64,000 nt of DNA, taken from a virus. The DNA is taken from positions 64,001-128,000 of the IMG/VR virus record IMGVR_UViG_3300045988_181536, one strand, 5' to 3'. Shown here piece after piece: positions 58,718 through 64,000 of the stretch (within the stretch, counting starts at the first letter, position 1; every line of letters begins with the position of its first letter). The notes under the pieces were generated by a model. It did no database searches, had not been told where the DNA came from, and was given only the letters and a program-made list of their open reading frames with translations. A program made the translations under genes and the position numbers.

Positions 58718-61700
58718 ATGAGAGAAAGCGAAATTAATTTACCCCCCGTGAATATGGATTTGCCATGTCCTAAATTGGCAGATTTTTGCGGAGATTTATC
58801 GTATAAACGTTGTAAGGATGACTTAACTCCCGAAAACGATAATGTAGTATTTTTAAATGGTGTAGGCAGGTTAAATGCGGATATAATGTTTTTAACTGCG
58901 GCGCCATTAAAAGAGGATGTGGATGCGAGATATTCTACACCTATGCATTTAAAATCGGGTGCCGGTGAAATGTTTCGCGCAATATGTTTGCAAAATGGCA
59001 TTGATATTGATGACTGTTATTTTACGTCATTAATAAAGTACGGAATAAAACAAAAGAATTTAAAAGGTTGTAAAAAGGATATAGATTATTGTTTGCCTTT
59101 GCTTCTGGAAGAATTTCAGTATTGTCACCCAAAAATTATAGTTTGCGTCGGTACGGAAGCGTGTGACTTTATTTTAAATTATAAAATAAGCGTATCAAAA
59201 TTGGAAGAGGCGTGGTTTTTTAGTCAAGAACACAACGCTCATGTGTTTGTAATTAGCAGTATTTATAATGCCTATTATAAGCCTGAATTGTACGATAAAT
59301 TAGATAAAGAGATAGGCATGTTGGCTGACTTTTATGATCATTTTCTACAAGGCAAGCCAATCGAGCAGATAAAGTGTGACTATCAATGTATTTCAACTTA
59401 TTCACAGTTATCCAATTTGTTAAATCAGCTTAAGTCTGAAGGTTATAAATTATTTGGAGTTGACTGCGAGTGGGGTAAACAATGTTTTGTAGACGGATAT
59501 CTTAGATCAATACAATTTGCATGGGCTCCAGGCAAGGCAGCTTATATAAACTTTAATAATGAACAAGCCGAATGGGTCTTTGATGCATCAAAAGAATCGG
59601 TATGTAAATTATTGCAAGATTTTTTTAATGACCCTGAAGTGCATTTTGTAGGGCATAACGGAGCGGCTGATGCTCAATGGATGTCAACACATTTGGGACT
59701 AAATGTGTATGACGGCAAGTTTATTTTTGACACCATGTTTGGTATTCAGACAGCTGATGAATATGCTGATCAAAAGTTGGAAAAATTAGCTGCCAAATAC
59801 ACAGATAAAGGCAGATATGATATTGATCTGATCTTATGGAAGAAAAATAATAAAGGCGTATCCTTTGATGAAGATGAAGGATATGGACAAGTTCCTTTGG
59901 AAATTCTTTACCCATATGGTTGTTCGGATGCCGATGTAACTTTAAGATTGTATCCGATTATTAAAGACATGTTAATTAAAGACGGCACTTATGATTATTT
60001 CATGAATATTAAGTTGCCGTTTGTTATTGATGGATTTACCTCCATGTCTATTGCGGGTGTGCCTTTTTGCACTGAGGATGCCAATAAAGCGCGAATAGCT
60101 TATCTGGCCGCAGGCGTAGTCATGCAAAAGTTGTTTATGCAAATGCTTAAAAAAGAGGCATATGATTTGTTTTATACGGAAGTGTCAAAAATTCCGCAGG
60201 AAACGCCTGTAGCGAATATTGCAGAAATTCAAAAGTTTTTTGATGATGAAAGATCTTTTGAAGATATTTTTAATCTGTTAAAAAAACTTTATGGGCGCAA
60301 AGCATTGCCTTTATTGCCGTTTGCTGAACATTATTACTATGTGGATGCCTTTAATCCCAATTCTGCAGAGCATAAAAAGAAATGGTTGTTTGACGTAAAG
60401 AAATACACGCCTATTAAAACAACTAAGCCGGAAGAGGGTAATGCAATACCCTGGGAAAGAGTATTAAAAATGTCCCCCGCTAAGCAGAAAAATTATAAGC
60501 CTGCTGTGGATAAAGATACTCTTAAAATATTTGCGGATAAAGGAGATGATTTATGTCTGCATTTATTGCAAATGAATGCAATTAATCAGATAACCAAGAA
60601 TTTTCTAAAAGGTGAAGAAGGCGGGCTGCAAAAGTTTTTAACTTCAGATGGAAGGCTGCATTCCAACTTCGTTATGACCGAAAGCTCACGGCCACGATCG
60701 TTTAAGCCTAACATCTTAAACATACCAAGATATGTTACAGATTACATAGACAAGGGTTTCACGAAAGTATTAAAGTATTTTAATATTACAGATAAATCTG
60801 ATTTGTCGGAGTTTAATGAAGATAATTTTAATGAAATCGTAAATTCTTTACGTGAAACTTACGGCATTACCGAAAATATAACGATAAAAGATATGGTGCC
60901 TGCACCGTTGCGCTGGTGCTTTAAAGCGCCTGAAGGGTATTGTTTTGTCGATGCAGACTATGCCACAGCTGAAGTATGGTCGATTGCATATTTGGCAAAT
61001 GATAAAAAGTTAATTTCCACTTTGAATGATCCGGATCCGCAATTTGCATTTAAAAAGATGCCTGATGGTTCGGAAAAACAAGTGCGTATAGCATATTGTG
61101 ATGACATTGTTGAATTTACTGAAGATGCAAAAGATCCTGCACTACTTGTAGATCCTAATGATCCGGATTTGGTGAGAAATAATGACGGGTCTCTAAAGCA
61201 TCCGAAACAAGATGTTCACTGGGTTGCAGTGGAAAATAAATTTATGCTTAACACACCCCGAGAAAAGTTAAACAAGAAGAAGACGAGAGATGCTGCGGGA
61301 AAGGTAGCTAATTTTTGTTCTGGCAAAGAAAATTACGTTTATACTTTAGAGGGTTATAAAAAAGCAAAGTTAATAAAACAAGGAGATATTTTAAAATCAA
61401 TATCCGGTTTTACAAAAACTTTATCTGTTACTGCTTTAAATGAGAGAGACTGCATTAAGATCAGATTAAGTTCCGGATTAGTGGCTACTTATCATAAATA
61501 TCATAAGCTTAGATGCTTTAATGGTACGGAAATGGTCTGGGTAAGAGTTAAAGATATCGATCCAAAAAGGCATAAAGTAGTTACCTTCAATCCGAGTTTT
61601 ACTGAAGTTATAGGCACTTTTAATGTTCCAAAAGATTCTTATACGGATTTTTATACAGAATTGAAATGTCGTGAAGGTGATAATACCTATCGCTTGCCTG

Positions 61701-62677
61701 AGTGGATATTCTCTTTAAGTCGTGCTGAGATTTGGAGTATATTGCAACGCTTTTTAGAATTAAACCCCCGAGTCACCGATGCGGTGTGTTATCATTTTCC
61801 GTTAAAATTTTGGAAAAATAATTTAGAATTTATTTCCGATATTGCTTTATTGTTGAATTTTATAGGTTTTCAAACCAAGCTTTCGTTGGAACAAGGCGAG
61901 GATGTTTTAGTGGCTTCGGCTGCTATCGAACCTAATGGGCCTTTGCAAAATATTTATTTTAGTGAAGTTGTTTCTTTGGAACATGTGAAAGAAGATATTG
62001 TGGCAATTGAATGTGAATCCCATGAATATATAGACACTTCAATGAATAGCCATAATTCGATTCCTTATGGTGCAAGTCCTTCTTTGCTGGAACGTAACAT
62101 TGAAATAGCTTCAGGTGAAAAACCTGAACCTGGTACGGGACAAAAACTTATTGACGCCTATATGAACACCAAACCGCAAGTTGCAGAATTTTTGGAATGG
62201 TGTAAGTCTCTGCCTGACGGACAAGGGTATTACCAATCGCCTTCGGGATTTAAAAGACATTTTAAAATACCGCCTTTGGATGCTCAAATGTCGGATGATC
62301 TTAGAGAAAGTATCATAAGTAAACTTCGTCGAGAAGCTTGCAATATAGGATTGCAATCTTTGGTTGCTGACTCTTTAGCAAGGGCCATACCTCCACTAAA
62401 TGCCAGTTTTAGAAAGATGAATATGAAGAGCAGAGTAGTAATTCCTTTGTATGACGCTATTTATATTTTATCTCCTTACAACGAAGTCGATTTGGCTGTA
62501 AGTATGTTGAAGTTTTTTATGTCTGAGAATAATTATTGGGACCTAAAAGGCGGTCGCTTGCGTTACAGTATTGATGTCGAAGTTACAAAACGGTGGGGTA
62601 CAGAACTTTCTGAAGAAGAACACAAAGAACTAACTGAAGGATTAAAAAACGCTTGCCAGACGTTCAAGCTTGCGTAG
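58718..62677 (+). CDS. family A DNA polymerase with N-terminal UDG-like domain and 3'-5' exonuclease, intein-containing
   Basis: Exo I FGVDCEW, Exo II FVGHNGAADAQWM, Exo III YPYGCSDAD; Pol motif A FVDADYATAEVWSIAYLA; motif B R..AGKVANF|intein|SIPYGAS; motif C VIPLYDAIYIL; N-terminal ~150 aa weakly resembles family-4 UDG. Confidence 0.75.
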   Translation: MRESEINLPPVNMDLPCPKLADFCGDLSYKRCKDDLTPENDNVVFLNGVGRLNADIMFLTAAPLKEDVDARYSTPMHLKSGAGEMFRAICLQNGIDIDDCYFTSLIKYGIKQKNLKGCKKDIDYCLPLLLEEFQYCHPKIIVCVGTEACDFILNYKISVSKLEEAWFFSQEHNAHVFVISSIYNAYYKPELYDKLDKEIGMLADFYDHFLQGKPIEQIKCDYQCISTYSQLSNLLNQLKSEGYKLFGVDCEWGKQCFVDGYLRSIQFAWAPGKAAYINFNNEQAEWVFDASKESVCKLLQDFFNDPEVHFVGHNGAADAQWMSTHLGLNVYDGKFIFDTMFGIQTADEYADQKLEKLAAKYTDKGRYDIDLILWKKNNKGVSFDEDEGYGQVPLEILYPYGCSDADVTLRLYPIIKDMLIKDGTYDYFMNIKLPFVIDGFTSMSIAGVPFCTEDANKARIAYLAAGVVMQKLFMQMLKKEAYDLFYTEVSKIPQETPVANIAEIQKFFDDERSFEDIFNLLKKLYGRKALPLLPFAEHYYYVDAFNPNSAEHKKKWLFDVKKYTPIKTTKPEEGNAIPWERVLKMSPAKQKNYKPAVDKDTLKIFADKGDDLCLHLLQMNAINQITKNFLKGEEGGLQKFLTSDGRLHSNFVMTESSRPRSFKPNILNIPRYVTDYIDKGFTKVLKYFNITDKSDLSEFNEDNFNEIVNSLRETYGITENITIKDMVPAPLRWCFKAPEGYCFVDADYATAEVWSIAYLANDKKLISTLNDPDPQFAFKKMPDGSEKQVRIAYCDDIVEFTEDAKDPALLVDPNDPDLVRNNDGSLKHPKQDVHWVAVENKFMLNTPREKLNKKKTRDAAGKVANFCSGKENYVYTLEGYKKAKLIKQGDILKSISGFTKTLSVTALNERDCIKIRLSSGLVATYHKYHKLRCFNGTEMVWVRVKDIDPKRHKVVTFNPSFTEVIGTFNVPKDSYTDFYTELKCREGDNTYRLPEWIFSLSRAEIWSILQRFLELNPRVTDAVCYHFPLKFWKNNLEFISDIALLLNFIGFQTKLSLEQGEDVLVASAAIEPNGPLQNIYFSEVVSLEHVKEDIVAIECESHEYIDTSMNSHNSIPYGASPSLLERNIEIASGEKPEPGTGQKLIDAYMNTKPQVAEFLEWCKSLPDGQGYYQSPSGFKRHFKIPPLDAQMSDDLRESIISKLRREACNIGLQSLVADSLARAIPPLNASFRKMNMKSRVVIPLYDAIYILSPYNEVDLAVSMLKFFMSENNYWDLKGGRLRYSIDVEVTKRWGTELSEEEHKELTEGLKNACQTFKLA
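61316..62056 (+). other. intein (247 aa) inserted in DNA polymerase motif B
   Basis: Starts C at NF|CSGKENYVY, ends ..SMNSHN followed by SIPYGAS; the extein junction restores ANF-SIPYG, matching the PolA motif B consensus; internal region may be a degenerate homing endonuclease. Confidence 0.65.
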
Positions 62678-62717
62678 CGTTGGCAGGTATACAAACACAA
62701 GAATATACACATAAAAT

Positions 62718-64000
62718 ATGGCTTATTTGAATCTATCACAATCATCTATGAATAATACAAAACAAAATTCAGTTTTATCTTCGTTTTTTCGGAATAATAT
62801 TCCGTGGGTTAGGCTAGCTCCTCCTCGTGAAAACGAACCGAATATGGTTGTCCGAATACTTCCGGGCATGGATTTTTCATTTCAGAATAACACAGAAGCT
62901 CTACTAAGTTCTACAGAACCTTTTAAAACAGCATCCGGACAATATACATCTTGGGCGCAGTTTGTAAAAGGTTATATGTTTTTTGGCAGTTTTAAGATGC
63001 ATTTGTTATCGCCTGATACTTTGGATATGACTTCACATACGTATCCAAGAAGAGGCGCAGATGCATTTTGCGATTTAAGGAGTTTTATCTTCTTTAACAC
63101 AGGAAAATATGCGACAACAAATCCTCTTACAGGACAGCCTACAATTACACCTGAAGAGGAAGAACTGATTAAGTATAGACCATATTCGCCTAATAATACT
63201 GCTGCAAATTTTGAATCGGTTAAGCTACCGAGCAAACCTCGTACATTTGTTTTGTCGAATGTTTTGCATCGCAATCCTCAAACTGAACAAATGGAGCAGA
63301 AGATAGGCGTATATAGTGAGCAAATGTTCCAGACGCTTGTGCAAATTGTAAAACAGCAAATTGCTGCCAATTCCGGTTTGTCTTCAGTGTCGGCAAATTA
63401 TCCTGAACTGTTGTTCGGAGACGTAACTGATCAGGAAACGGGATGTTTGCTTGAAGTGAGGTATTGTCATAATACTTTAACAAACAATAGAATACTCACT
63501 CTTACTCCTTCGAAAGATCCAAATAATGAAACACGTTTGGGCTATTCACAATATCCCGTTTCGGATGATATTTTGAAGAAAAGGTATATATTGTGTGATC
63601 CTGAAAATGTTTTAGAGATCTGGACTTATCAACAGCAGCTCGATTTGCTGTGTAAGGATCCTATGTTCCCGATCGACTTGTTGAAAAAGGCTAAGGATAA
63701 TGGAGTCTTTAAAGACGCAGAATTGCATTTGGAATTGCGCGAAGAAGGTTTGGAAATGCTGGCAAGGCGTGAATCGTTTAAGCGAAATGCTGCTGAAGGC
63801 ATTTATACGCCGCAACCTGGCGTTGCCAAAGCTGCTATAGGAAATCGCCCAATTCCAACAATACAAAAACCTGTGATTCCGATTCCAGCAACAGATAAAG
63901 CTGCAGCAAATCTTCCTCCAGTGAATGTTGAAGCTTTGCATACAGCTTCTATATCTGCCAAACCCGTAACGGAACTAGATTTAATTGTAGAAGATTATCA
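62718..64000 (+). CDS. hypothetical protein, 3'-truncated by window end (at least 427 aa)
   Basis: Open frame from ATG 62718 to the window edge without stop (MAYLNLSQSSMNN..); the minus-strand ORFs listed here are embedded in it. Confidence 0.6.
   Translation, partial: MAYLNLSQSSMNNTKQNSVLSSFFRNNIPWVRLAPPRENEPNMVVRILPGMDFSFQNNTEALLSSTEPFKTASGQYTSWAQFVKGYMFFGSFKMHLLSPDTLDMTSHTYPRRGADAFCDLRSFIFFNTGKYATTNPLTGQPTITPEEEELIKYRPYSPNNTAANFESVKLPSKPRTFVLSNVLHRNPQTEQMEQKIGVYSEQMFQTLVQIVKQQIAANSGLSSVSANYPELLFGDVTDQETGCLLEVRYCHNTLTNNRILTLTPSKDPNNETRLGYSQYPVSDDILKKRYILCDPENVLEIWTYQQQLDLLCKDPMFPIDLLKKAKDNGVFKDAELHLELREEGLEMLARRESFKRNAAEGIYTPQPGVAKAAIGNRPIPTIQKPVIPIPATDKAAANLPPVNVEALHTASISAKPVTELDLIVEDY

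Noticed and set aside
55218-62677. Eukaryotic/NCLDV viral origin, suggested by an RNR intein ending in Gln as in some iridovirus inteins
   Set aside because: The window carries bacterial-type tRNAs, a Lar protein, TnpB/IS605 element, TerL-like packaging protein, intrinsic terminators and Shine-Dalgarno sites. All point to a bacteriophage.
62972-63941. Minus-strand ORFs 62972..63274, 63220..63483 and 63612..63941
   Set aside because: All lie inside a long uninterrupted + strand ORF that runs from 62718 to the window end; antisense artefacts.
1-64000. CRISPR arrays, integrase/att sites, rRNA genes
   Set aside because: No regularly spaced direct repeats of 25-40 nt with unique spacers were found; no tyrosine/serine recombinase motifs; no rRNA-like conserved stretches.

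Overview
AT-rich (~35% GC) window of a large tailed dsDNA phage genome (jumbo-like or T4-like in gene content), densely coded almost entirely on the + strand. It contains five tRNA genes, one of which, tRNA-Leu(UAA), is split by a group I intron carrying textbook P/Q/R/S elements. A T4-like recombination and replication set is present: an Mre11/SbcD nuclease, a Rad50/SbcC ATPase, an SF2 helicase, a DnaB-like helicase, a TOPRIM primase, a class II ribonucleotide reductase and a family A DNA polymerase. The reductase and the polymerase each carry an intein at a catalytic motif, and a third Hint/intein-like domain sits at the N-terminus of a terminase-large-subunit-like packaging protein. Accessory and counter-defence content includes a fused polynucleotide kinase-phosphatase-RNA ligase (Pnkp-type RNA repair enzyme), a Lar-type restriction alleviation protein, a pentapeptide-repeat protein and a DNA N6-adenine methyltransferase-like protein. 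There is also a solo TnpB (IS200/IS605 OrfB) element with a second orphan copy of its right-end motif, thymidylate kinase and an unusual dUTPase. The most unusual cassette is dUTPase, then a JAB/MPN metalloprotease, an E1 (ThiF/MoeB-like) enzyme and a ThiS/MoaD-like ubiquitin-like protein precursor, which looks like a phage-encoded ubiquitin-like conjugation module. Other notable features are a six-member paralogous protein family (three in tandem), several exact or near-exact DNA repeats tied to gene starts and ends, a recurring TCACCA-N6-CTGGTGAG hairpin used as terminator and as IS end, and two long structured ORF-free regions of 440 bp and 1.2 kb. The 1.2 kb region lies between the helicase and primase genes and is an origin or ncRNA candidate. 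No CRISPR array, integrase or rRNA was seen.
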